Below, one piece after another: positions 1 through 8,900 of a stretch of DNA of 64,000 nucleotides (the stretch's first letter is position 1; each line of letters opens with the position of its first letter). Position numbers and translations under genes: made by a program. The notes below the pieces were generated by a model. That model saw only the letters and a list, made by a program, of their open reading frames with translations. It had not been told where the DNA came from and made no database searches. Origin of the DNA: Gemmatimonadota bacterium (GTDB lineage: Bacteria > Gemmatimonadota > Gemmatimonadetes > JACCXV01 > JAHWKZ01); contig DASTCA010000022.1 in assembly GCA_035711625.1 (NCBI GenBank), positions 21,039-85,038 of the forward strand, read 5' to 3'.

Positions 1-20
1 TCCGCGAGTAGGTTCGGGCC

Positions 21-443
21 ATGCGGCATCTGACGATCGCGGCGCTGATTCTCGCTTCGGGCGCGTGCGCGACCAGGCCGACGGGGCCGCCGCCGGATCC
101 GGAGATTGTCGCCGACCGCCTGTTCTTCGGGCGGGCGATCCCCGGAGGCGGCGCGGTCTCGGACACCGAGTGGCGTGCGTTCCTCGAGGAGGTCGTGACG
201 CCCGCTTTTCCGGGCGGGCTCACCGTCTGGCGAGCCGACGGTCAGTGGCTCGACGAGCAGGGGCGCATCGTGCGCGAACCGGTGATGGTGGTCGAAGTGA
301 TCCACGAGACCGGTCCCGCGGCAGAGGCTGCGATCGTCCGCGTAGCCGACGAGTACCGCCGCCGTTTCCACCAGGAGGCCGTCCTCCGTGTGACGGAGGA
401 CGCGCGCATGCGTCTCTTCGACGGAGGGGAGGAAGAGCCGTGA
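21..443 (+). CDS. DUF3574-family lipoprotein
   Basis: ATG at 21. Signal peptide with lipobox-like LILASGAC. Core resembles the DUF3574 consensus (LFFGRAIPGGGAVSD, TPAFPGGLTVW, QGRIVRE). Its stop codon overlaps the GTG start of the next gene. Confidence 0.5.
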   Translation: MRHLTIAALILASGACATRPTGPPPDPEIVADRLFFGRAIPGGGAVSDTEWRAFLEEVVTPAFPGGLTVWRADGQWLDEQGRIVREPVMVVEVIHETGPAAEAAIVRVADEYRRRFHQEAVLRVTEDARMRLFDGGEEEP

Positions 444-1720
444 TCGCTCGCTTCGTGATCGCGTGGCTTCTCTGGGCAGCGATGCCGGACGCCGCCGCAG
501 GACAGGATGCGGCGGGGCTGGCGGGGGAGTGGGTGGGAGCATGGGGGCGAGCCGCCGACACGCTCGCGGTCACGATGCGGTTCGCGGAGCGCGACGGAGC
601 GTGGAGCGGCTCGTTCGACGCCCCACGGCTGCGGGTGGAGGAGATTCCCTTCACCTCAGTACGCTACGAGCCGCCGCGTGTCACGATCGAGATGGAGGGA
701 GACAGGACCACTCTCTCCTTCGAAGGTCGCCTCCAGGAGAACACGCTCGCGGGAATCCTGCGGGAGGAGGGCGACACCGGCTGGTTCTCGGCCACCCGCG
801 CGACCGGCGCTGCGCCCGCTCTGCCCGAGGCGGACGTCCGGTTTGCGAACGCCGGCGTGGAGCTGGCCGGCACGCTCGTGCTGCCGTCGGGACCGGGACC
901 GCACCCGGCGGTCGTGTTCCTCCACGGCTCGGGCGCTGAGGGGCGCTGGGCATCGCGCTTTCTCGCGCGCCGATTCGCCGAGCGGGGGTTCGCGGGGTTG
1001 ATCTGGGACAAGCGCGGTGTCGGGGAGTCGAAGGGGGACTGGAACGAGGCGGGCTTCGATGACTTGGCCGCGGACGCAGCCGCGGCCATCGCGTTCCTGC
1101 GCGCGCGACCCGAGATCGACTCTCGGCGGGTCGGCATCCATGGTCACAGCCAGGGGGGCACGATCGCGCCGATGGTGGCGGTCCGCGCGGAAGCGGATTT
1201 CGTGATCGCCTCGGCCGCGGCGGGTGTCCCGATGGCGGACTCCGAGATCTACAGCCTGGAGAACTTCATCGGGGTCCAGACCCTGTCGGAGGCGGAGGCG
1301 AAGATCGCTCGCGAATACGTGCGGGCGCTCGTCGACGTCGCGTATCGCGGGGCGCCGCGGGAGTCCCTCGACGCCGCCGCCGCCCGCGCGCGCGGACACG
1401 CGTGGTTCTTCGAGCCGCCCGCTCTCGACGACTCGTACTGGCGGTTTTCCCCCCGGATCGCGGACTTCGACCCCCTCGCCTGGTGGCGCCAGATCAGGGT
1501 TCCGGTGCTGCTCGTCTACGGGTCGGCGGACGGGCGGGTGCCGGTGGAGCCGAGTCGCGCGGCGATCGTGGGCGCGATCCAGGAGGCCGGCGGGATCGTG
1601 GAGGCCCGCGTCTTCGACGGGGCTGACCACACCTTCCGGGTTCGGCGCGAAGGAGACGTGTGGCCTCGCACGGTCGAGGAGTATCCGGACGCGATCCTCG
1701 ACTGGCTGCGCGCGCACTGA
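440..1720 (+). CDS. secreted alpha/beta hydrolase (S9 peptidase / dienelactone-hydrolase-like)
   Basis: GTG at 440 overlaps the upstream stop (GTGA). Hydrophobic N-terminus. Nucleophile elbow GHSQGG, and downstream GSADGRVP and ADHTF supply the likely catalytic Asp and His. The track ORF 65..1720 is the same frame with an Arg-rich, non-protein-like 5' extension. Confidence 0.7.
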   Translation: MIARFVIAWLLWAAMPDAAAGQDAAGLAGEWVGAWGRAADTLAVTMRFAERDGAWSGSFDAPRLRVEEIPFTSVRYEPPRVTIEMEGDRTTLSFEGRLQENTLAGILREEGDTGWFSATRATGAAPALPEADVRFANAGVELAGTLVLPSGPGPHPAVVFLHGSGAEGRWASRFLARRFAERGFAGLIWDKRGVGESKGDWNEAGFDDLAADAAAAIAFLRARPEIDSRRVGIHGHSQGGTIAPMVAVRAEADFVIASAAAGVPMADSEIYSLENFIGVQTLSEAEAKIAREYVRALVDVAYRGAPRESLDAAAARARGHAWFFEPPALDDSYWRFSPRIADFDPLAWWRQIRVPVLLVYGSADGRVPVEPSRAAIVGAIQEAGGIVEARVFDGADHTFRVRREGDVWPRTVEEYPDAILDWLRAH

Positions 1721-1817
1721 CCCCGCTTCCGGTCGCCCGCCTGGTGTAAGATTTCTGCTACTGCGCTTCGCGTCATCTCCATACACTCCAAACAGGGAAT
1801 CCAACTCAGGAGGAGTG

Positions 1818-2111
1818 ATGGGACTGTTCGATCGCGACAAGGACGAAAAGAAGAAGAAAAAAGCTGACTTCTCGAACGTGGATAGCGGCTCGTCGGTGAC
1901 GGCCCCCAAGACCGAAGAGGCGAAGGCGGAGAAATACACCGTCCAGAGCGGCGATTCGCTGTGGGCGATCTCCGAGCGCTTCTACGGGGACGGGAACGAG
2001 TGGCACAGGATCTACGAGGCGAACCGCGGCCGTATCAAGGATCCCGACGTCATCCAGCCCGGGTGGGAGCTCAGCATCCCCAGTCGGGCTGCGGAAGGAG
2101 AGGTGAGGTGA
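1818..2111 (+). CDS. LysM peptidoglycan-binding domain protein
   Basis: ATG at 1818 preceded by AGGAGG. C-terminal LysM signature (YTVQSGDSLWAISERFYGDG...IYEAN...I.PGWELSIP). Lys-rich linker (DKDEKKKKKAD). Confidence 0.7.
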   Translation: MGLFDRDKDEKKKKKADFSNVDSGSSVTAPKTEEAKAEKYTVQSGDSLWAISERFYGDGNEWHRIYEANRGRIKDPDVIQPGWELSIPSRAAEGEVR

Positions 2112-2572
2112 TGCGCGCGAGATTCGGATGGAACGCGATGCTGGCGCTCCTTCTCGCGGGATCGCTGGCATCGCTCGGGTGCGATCGCGAGGAGCCCGCA
2201 GCGGAGCAGGCCGAAGAGACCGACATTGCCGTCGAGGAGCCGGCGCTCGACGTCACGAACGTGGCGCTCGGCCGCTCGATCGGAGCAGACAGGAAAGTCG
2301 TCGAGGAGATCGGCAACTTCGCCCCCGGCGACACGATCTACGCCTCGGTCGAGACCGAAGGCGCGGGCAGCGGGACGCTCGCGGCGCGCTGGACGTTCGA
2401 GGACGGCCAGGTAGTAGACGAAAGCTCTCATCCGATCGGGGGCGGGGCGCAAGTGTCCGAGTTCCACGTCTCGAAGCCCGACGGCTGGCCCGCCGGTCAC
2501 TACGAAGTCGTCATCCTGCTGAACGGACAGGAAGCCGACCGCAAGGGCTTCGACGTCGAAGCGGGCACGTAG
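2111..2572 (+). CDS. hypothetical lipoprotein
   Basis: ATG at 2111 overlaps the LysM gene stop by one nucleotide. Signal peptide plus lipobox (LASLGC). High third-position GC. No recognised domain. Confidence 0.55.
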   Translation: MRARFGWNAMLALLLAGSLASLGCDREEPAAEQAEETDIAVEEPALDVTNVALGRSIGADRKVVEEIGNFAPGDTIYASVETEGAGSGTLAARWTFEDGQVVDESSHPIGGGAQVSEFHVSKPDGWPAGHYEVVILLNGQEADRKGFDVEAGT

Positions 2573-2595
2573 CGGCAAGCGGACAGGAAAGCAGG

Positions 2596-2632
2596 CCCGA
2601 GGGAAGGCCGGCGCCGATCAGCCGGCCTCCCC
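2596..2632 (+). terminator. GC-rich stem-loop downstream of the lipoprotein gene
   Basis: Perfect 8-bp stem aggccggc/gccggcct with an 8-nt loop and 3 more GC pairs after a bulge, 24 nt after the stop at 2572. No U-tract, which is common in high-GC genomes. Confidence 0.35.
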
Positions 2633-2674
2633 TCCCGCTGGCCCGCTACGCGGCTCGCGGTAGCTTTCGAGCGC

Positions 2675-3985
2675 GTGCGAACTCCTTCGTTCCTCGTCGC
2701 TCTCCTTGCGGCAGCCGTGACGGCGCTCGCCCAGGAGCCGTCCATCGACCTGGCCGAAGCGAGTCGCGCGTTCGAGTCCGCGAAATCCGCGAGTGATTTG
2801 GACGCCGGCCGGCTGTGGGACACGGAGATATACGGCCCCGTCTTCCTGGTCGATCCCCAGACCCGCTTCGTCGCCGCCGACCGGTCGGATCCAGGAGGGG
2901 TACTGACCGCGCGCGACGGCGTCTGGACGGGAACGCTCCCGCAGTCGATCAACCCCGCGAACACGGCGATCGAATGGGCAGGTCTCGAGTGGACGATGGT
3001 CCTCTGGCCGCCGCCGACGATCCCGCATGCGCGGAACCGGCTTCTCCTCCACGAGATGTTCCATCGTGTCCAGGACAAGATCGGGCTGCCGGCGAACAAC
3101 CCGCTGAACGCGCATCTCGACACGCGGGATGGCCGGATCTGGATGCGGCTCGAGATGCGGGCGCTCGCCGAGGCGCTGTCACATGGCGGAGAGGCGCGGC
3201 GCTCGGCGATTCGCGACGCGCTCGACTTCCGCGCGCTCCGTCGCGGGCTGTTCCCGGGTGCAGCCGCGGACGAGGATGGGCTCGAGCGGAACGAAGGGAT
3301 GGCGGAGTATACCGGGCTCGTCCTGGGCGGGCTTCCGACCGCCGCGCTGGCGCATCGCGCCGCCGTGGGGCTCGAGCAGCAGGAGGCCCGCGAAACGTTC
3401 TCGCGGAGTTTCGCCTACGCGACTGGACCCGCCTACGGCGTGCTCCTGGACGCGTCGGGGAGGTCCTGGCGCGAGGCACTCGTCGGCGGGGCGACGCTGA
3501 CAGAGCTCCTGGAAGCGTCTTATGCGCCCGAGGTGTCGCGGGTCCCGGCGGAAGGCCGGGTCGCGGGATACAACGGCGAGCGCGTGATCGCGATCGAGAC
3601 GGCACGCGACGAGGCGCGGCTGGCCCGCGAGGCGGAGCTCCGGGAACGTTTCGTAGACGGGCCGCTCCTACTCATGGTTCCGGGCTCGGAGTTCTCGTTC
3701 TCGTTCGATCCGAATGACGCCTTCAACCTGGCGGGGATCGGGACCGTCTATGGCACAACGCGGGTGGTCGACGGCTGGGGCGTGCTCGAGGTCGAGTCCG
3801 GTGGCGGGCTCTTCCGCCGGAACGAGGAGGGCATGATCACGGGCGTCGCCGTGCCGGTCCCCTCCGGCGCCGCGACCCCGCCGACGGCAGGGGGCGGCTG
3901 GAGGCTCGAGCTGGCGCCGGGTTGGGAGATCGTCCCCGGAGACCGCGCGGGGGACTGGGTCGTCCGCGCCACCACCACTCCTTGA
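2675..3985 (+). CDS. secreted protein with HExxH motif, putative MA-clan zinc metallopeptidase
   Basis: GTG at 2675. Signal peptide (LVALLAAAVTALAQE). HEMFH at nt 3050-3064. A candidate third-ligand Glu in NEGMAEYTG about 65 residues further on. Family not recognised. Confidence 0.45.
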   Translation: MRTPSFLVALLAAAVTALAQEPSIDLAEASRAFESAKSASDLDAGRLWDTEIYGPVFLVDPQTRFVAADRSDPGGVLTARDGVWTGTLPQSINPANTAIEWAGLEWTMVLWPPPTIPHARNRLLLHEMFHRVQDKIGLPANNPLNAHLDTRDGRIWMRLEMRALAEALSHGGEARRSAIRDALDFRALRRGLFPGAAADEDGLERNEGMAEYTGLVLGGLPTAALAHRAAVGLEQQEARETFSRSFAYATGPAYGVLLDASGRSWREALVGGATLTELLEASYAPEVSRVPAEGRVAGYNGERVIAIETARDEARLAREAELRERFVDGPLLLMVPGSEFSFSFDPNDAFNLAGIGTVYGTTRVVDGWGVLEVESGGGLFRRNEEGMITGVAVPVPSGAATPPTAGGGWRLELAPGWEIVPGDRAGDWVVRATTTP

Positions 3986-4449
3986 TGCCGGACCGGGGGG
4001 CCACCGTAACGCTCCGGGAGGTGACGAAGGAGAATCTGCGCGATGTCCTCCTGTTGAAGGTGGCGCCCGACCAGGAGCGGTTCGTCGCCTCGAACTCGAT
4101 CTCGATCGCGCAGGCCCACTTCCATCCCGAGATCGCGTGGTTCCGGGCGATCTACGCCGACGACACGGCGGTCGGGTTCCTCATGCTGCACGACGAGCCT
4201 GGCACCGCCACGTACTACCTGTGGCGATTCATGGTCGACCACCGGTTCCAGAAGCTGGGCTACGGCCGGCGCGCGCTCGAGCTCCTGGTCAACCACGTCC
4301 GCTCCCGCCCGGGAGCGACCGCGCTCACCCTCAGTCACGTCCCCGGCGACGGCGATCCGTCACCCTTCTACGAGCGGCTGGGGTTCGCGCATACGGGCGA
4401 AGAGGACGACGGCGAGCTCGTGATGCGGCTGGATCTCACGCCCGCATAG
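3985..4449 (+). CDS. GNAT family N-acetyltransferase
   Basis: ATG at 3985 overlaps the upstream stop (TGATG). Acetyl-CoA-binding motif region (HRFQKLGYGRRALE) and typical GNAT fold length. Confidence 0.6.
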   Translation: MPDRGATVTLREVTKENLRDVLLLKVAPDQERFVASNSISIAQAHFHPEIAWFRAIYADDTAVGFLMLHDEPGTATYYLWRFMVDHRFQKLGYGRRALELLVNHVRSRPGATALTLSHVPGDGDPSPFYERLGFAHTGEEDDGELVMRLDLTPA

Positions 4450-4453
4450 CCGC

Positions 4454-4485
4454 CGACCGCTTTCCGCAGAAATCGCTGGCGGTCG
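4454..4485. terminator. weak inverted repeat between convergent genes
   Basis: cgaccgc ... gcggtcg, a 7-bp stem with an 18-nt loop, in the 40-bp gap between the GNAT (+) and GT1 (-) 3' ends. Confidence 0.2.
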
Positions 4486-4489
4486 CTCG

Positions 4490-5749
4490 TCAGCCGCGGA
4501 CCGCAGTCGCGATCTCCTCGCACGCCGCCGAAACCCCGTCCTCCTCCCGCACGATGCGGGAGACCTCCCCCGCCCGGGCGGCGCAAACGGGGTCGTCGAG
4601 GAGCTCCTCGAGCGCAGCGGCCGCGCGAGCGGCGCGGTAGCGACCAGAGCTCAATACGCGGGCCACTCCCAGCCGGGCCGCGCGTCGCGCGTTGTCGGGC
4701 TGGTCGTGAGACCAGGGAACCACGAGCATCGGCCGGCCGGACCGGAGGCCCTCCGCCAGCGTGCCGATCCCCCCGTGATGGACAATGGCGGCGGCGCGTG
4801 GGAACAGTGCACGATGGGGAGCGCGGGCGATCGCGATCGCGTCGTCATGGAGCGAGGGGGAGATGCGGTTCACCCCCTCGTCCCCGACCAGGAGGACCGC
4901 CCGTCGCCCCAGCCGGCGGGCAGCCGCGAGGCTCTCGTCGTAGAACCGACCCGCGACGTTCACCGCCGAGGAGCCCAGCGTGAAGACGACGGGAGGGGGG
5001 CCGGCGACGAGAAAGGCTTCGAGCCGGCGCGCGTCCGGCTCGTCCTCGGAAGGCGCGTCGCGGAACGCGAAGCCCGTCACCCGCGTGCTCTTGGGCCAGT
5101 CGGGTTGAGGGTCGGCGAGGACGCGGGAGAAGAGCGCGAGCGTGCGCAGCGGTGAATGCTGACCTTCCTGGAGAGGGTCGCCGCCCGGCGGCAGTCCGAG
5201 CTCCTCCCGGAGCTGCCGCACCGGTCTGGTCCACGAGCGCGTGACGGAGCGCATCGTACGGACCACGAGCGACACGACACCCGGGATCCCGTACAGCCGC
5301 CAAGCGTGGGGCAGCGGACCGAGCACGGGAAAGTCGTGTCGCGAGAAGAAGGACAGGGGCGCGAGCACGGTCGAGATCCAGGGCAGGCCGCGCTCCGCGG
5401 CGACGATCGGCGCCGCGAGCGAGAGCGGGTGGGAGACGATAGCGTCCGCGTCGCTCGCGGCCGCGAACGTGTCCGCGTGGGATTCCCGCAGAGCGGGCAG
5501 GACCATCTCCCGCAGGACGACAGCCGGTCCCCACCGAGGGTGCATCGCGCGCGCGAAGAGCTCCTTGTCCTCGGGATGGGCGTCCGGCCGGACCGGACGG
5601 AACGCGAGGCCCTCGCTCTCGACGTCGGCGCGCCAGTACTCGTGGGTGGCGACCACTGGCTCGTGCCCGCGCGCCGCGAGGCCGCCGGCGATCGCGAGGT
5701 AGGGGTTCAGGTCGCCGCGAGTGCCGAAGGTCGTCAGGAGGATTCGCAT
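4490..5749 (-). CDS. GT1-family glycosyltransferase (MGT/UDP-glycosyltransferase-like), paralog A
   Basis: ATG at 5749 (MRILLTTFGTRGDLNPY), an N-terminal GT28-like start. C-terminal nucleotide-sugar motif (HHGGIGT...PMLVVPWSHDQPDNA). The track ORF 4490..5812 adds 21 unlikely residues at the N-terminus. Confidence 0.75.
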   Translation of the reverse strand: MRILLTTFGTRGDLNPYLAIAGGLAARGHEPVVATHEYWRADVESEGLAFRPVRPDAHPEDKELFARAMHPRWGPAVVLREMVLPALRESHADTFAAASDADAIVSHPLSLAAPIVAAERGLPWISTVLAPLSFFSRHDFPVLGPLPHAWRLYGIPGVVSLVVRTMRSVTRSWTRPVRQLREELGLPPGGDPLQEGQHSPLRTLALFSRVLADPQPDWPKSTRVTGFAFRDAPSEDEPDARRLEAFLVAGPPPVVFTLGSSAVNVAGRFYDESLAAARRLGRRAVLLVGDEGVNRISPSLHDDAIAIARAPHRALFPRAAAIVHHGGIGTLAEGLRSGRPMLVVPWSHDQPDNARRAARLGVARVLSSGRYRAARAAAALEELLDDPVCAARAGEVSRIVREEDGVSAACEEIATAVRG

Positions 5750-5953
5750 GGAAACGGGATGTACCCTTCCGATGTGCGCCGGATCCTCCGGCCACGCTAG
5801 GTTGTTCTCCATGAACCGGCGCTGCGCGGCGTACTACCTCGGCGACCTCGGTGCGGACGGACCCTCTCCCGAGGAGATCGTGGCGCGGTTCGCTGTGGCT
5901 GGAAGCGGCGAGTGGCCGACGGCCACCGGCGCAAGAGCCAGGGAGACACGGCC

Positions 5954-8900
5954 ATGACGATCGCCAAGCGCCTGATCCTCTTGCTCGGCGTGCCTCTCGT
6001 AGTGCTCATCGGGTTGGGCATCTACACGCACCGGCAGCTCGATCGGATCGAGGAGCGAAGCCGCTTCGTCGCGGAGTCGCGCATCGATGCACTCGCCACG
6101 ATCGCGAACCTTTCCCGACAGTTCGAAGAGCTTCGCGTGGAAGCGCGAGAGTACCTCCTCTCCGACGACGAGGAACGCGCGCAGATCCGCGCGCGGTTCG
6201 ACGAGGGGGAGCGTGAGTTGTCTGCTCTCCTGCGGTTGTATGCAGACAGCCTGGTCGTGAGTGATCAGGGGCGACGCCTTCTGGGGGAGTTCCAGACCCA
6301 GAGCGCGGAGTGGCTGATCGACGCGAAGCGGGTGATGAGCCTCGTCGACGAAGGCCGGGGCGAGGAAGCGCTCGCGCTCGCGGGGGGCCAGATGGAGCTC
6401 GGCATGCGGCTCAGCGCAGCCTCGGGCGAGTGGATCCTCAACAACGAGGAGTTGGCGGAGCGGGCGGGGCAGGACGTGACGCGAGCCATCGAGACTTTCA
6501 GGACGCGAATGATGCTCGTCACCGCAGCGGCGGTCCTGCTGGCCGGTATCCTGGGCTACTTGACGGTCCGCCGGATCGTCGTGCCGATCCGCGGCCTCCG
6601 GTCCTCGGTGGAGACGATCGCGTCGGGCGACTACCGGACCGAGGTCCCGTTCATGCACGCCACAGATGAGGCGGGCGCTCTGGCGCGATCCATCGACGTG
6701 TTGAAGCGCGGCGCGGAGGAAATGGACGACCAACGCTGGGTAAAGTCTCAGGTGTCCGCCATCACCGGGGACTTGCAGGGGGCGACCTCCTTCGCGGACT
6801 TCGGCGAGCGCTTGTTGTCCGGTCTCGTGCCTCTGATCGGCGGGGGGGTGGCGAGCTTCTACGTGTTCGACGAGTCGACTCACCGTCTCCGGAAGAGCGC
6901 GACGTACGGACTGCCCGCCGATGCCGCGGCCGATGAAGTCGGACTCGGCGAAGGGCTGATCGGCCAATGTGCGCGGGATCGCCGCCCGGTCACCCTGTCG
7001 GGACTGCCGCCGGATTACTTGCTGATCGGATCGAGCGTCGGGACGGCGACTCCCACTTTCGCGAAAGCGTGGCCTGTCCTGCTCCAGGACTCGCTCCTCG
7101 GAGTATGCGAGCTCGCATCCTTCCAGGCGTTCGGTTCGCGGAGCGAGGCGTTGCTCGAGCAGCTCCTGCCGGTCACGGCGATGAGCCTGGAGGTCTTGCA
7201 GCGCAACCTGCGACTCGAAGATACCGAACGATTCTTCCGCAGCGTGCTCGAGCTCGCTCCCGACGGCCTCATGGTGGTCGACGAGCAGGGCGTTATCCAG
7301 GTGGCGAACGTGCAGTGCGAGGCGCTCTTCGGCTATACCCAGGCGGAGCTCATCGGCCGTTCTGTCGAGACGCTCGTGCCGGAGGACGTGCGAGCGGGGC
7401 ATGCGGCGCTACGCGAGGCGTTCAATCGGAACCCGTCCACACGCTCGATGGGAGCGGGTCGGGAGCTCCAGGGCCAGCGCAAGGACGGCACTCTGTTCGC
7501 CATCGAGATCGGGCTGAGCCCGTTGCCGGGGCGGAACGGGAGCCGCGCCCAGACCGCGGTCTCCATTCGGGACATCACCGAGCGCAAGCAGGCCGAGGCC
7601 GAGCTCAAGCGCACGAACTTCCTGGCCGACAGCGCGCTGGATCTCACGAAGTCGGGATACTGGCACGTGCCGCTCGACGGGTCGGGCTGGTACAACTCGT
7701 CCGCTCGCAGCATCGCCATCTTCGGGGACGAGCCGAACCCCGAGATGCGATACACCCTGGACCACTGGTCCGCTCACGTGTTTGCGGGCGACGAGGCGGC
7801 GGCGAAGACGACGATGGAGAACTTCGCCGCGGCGGTGGCAGGGACGATTCCGCGGTACGACTCGACGTACGCCTACAAACGCCCCGTCGACGGCGAGGTC
7901 GTCTGGCTCCACGCGTTGGGCCACGTGATCAAGGACGAGGATGGGACGCCGACGGACATGTACGGGGTCGTCCAGGACGTCACAGATTTCAAGGAGCTGG
8001 AACGGGAGCTCCTAGGGGCGCGCGACACGGCGGAAGCCGCCACTCAAATGAAGTCGATGTTCCTCGCGAACATGAGCCACGAGATCCGCACGCCGATGAA
8101 CGCCGTCATCGGCCTCTCGCACCTGGCTCTCAAGACCCAGCTGAGCCACAAGCAGCGCGACTACGTGACCAAGATCCACAGCGCCGGTACGTCACTGCTT
8201 GCGATCATCAACGACATCCTCGACTACTCGAAGATCGAGGCGGGCAAGCTCGAGATCGAGGCGACGACTTTCCGGCTCGACGACGTCATCGCGTCGGTCA
8301 CCACGCTCACAGGTCAGAAGGCGAACGAGCGTGGGCTCGAGTTCCTCGCGCGCGTCTCGCCCGGCATACCGCAAGTGCTCATCGGGGACCCGATCCGACT
8401 CGGACAGATTCTTACCAACCTGGTGAACAACGCGATCAAGTTCACCGAGCGAGGCGAAGTTCACGTCACCGCCGAGGTCCTGGAGAAGACCGACCAGAAG
8501 TGCAAGCTGAGGTTCTCGGTCCGCGACACCGGCGTAGGCATGACGCGCGAGCAGGCCGATCGGCTGTTCCAGCCGTTCATGCAGGCCGACATGTCGACCA
8601 CGCGCCGCTACGGCGGAACCGGCCTGGGTCTCAGCATCAGCCGGCGGCTGGTCGAACTGATGGAGGGCGAGATCTGGCTTGAAAGCGAGCTCGGCGCGGG
8701 GAGCACCTTCACGTTCACCGTCTGGCTGGGAGTCGCTGAGGATAAGGCGTCCCGCAAGGTGGTCCCCGAGAAGCTGGCGAGCCTGCGCGCTCTCATCGTG
8801 GACGACAACGCCGCCGCCCGGGAGATCCTCGAAGACATGCTCGAAGGGGTTGTGAAACAGGCGGACGTCGTGGCCTCGGGTGCCGAGGCGATCGCCGCGC

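Noticed and set aside
65-439. N-terminal 125-codon extension of the hydrolase ORF (65..1720) overlapping the DUF3574 gene
   Set aside because: The extension is Arg-rich and non-protein-like. The GTG at 440 with stop/start overlap and a signal-peptide-like N-terminus is the better start.
656-1939. Long antisense and alternative-frame ORFs throughout the track (e.g. 656..1939-, 5834..7402-, 8192..9811-, 17280..20045-, 32711..34717-, 37389..39386+, 54369..55883-, 62363..63859-)
   Set aside because: All are Arg/Gly/Pro-rich and low-complexity. They overlap well-supported genes on the other strand or frame. This is typical stop-codon depletion in 70% GC DNA.
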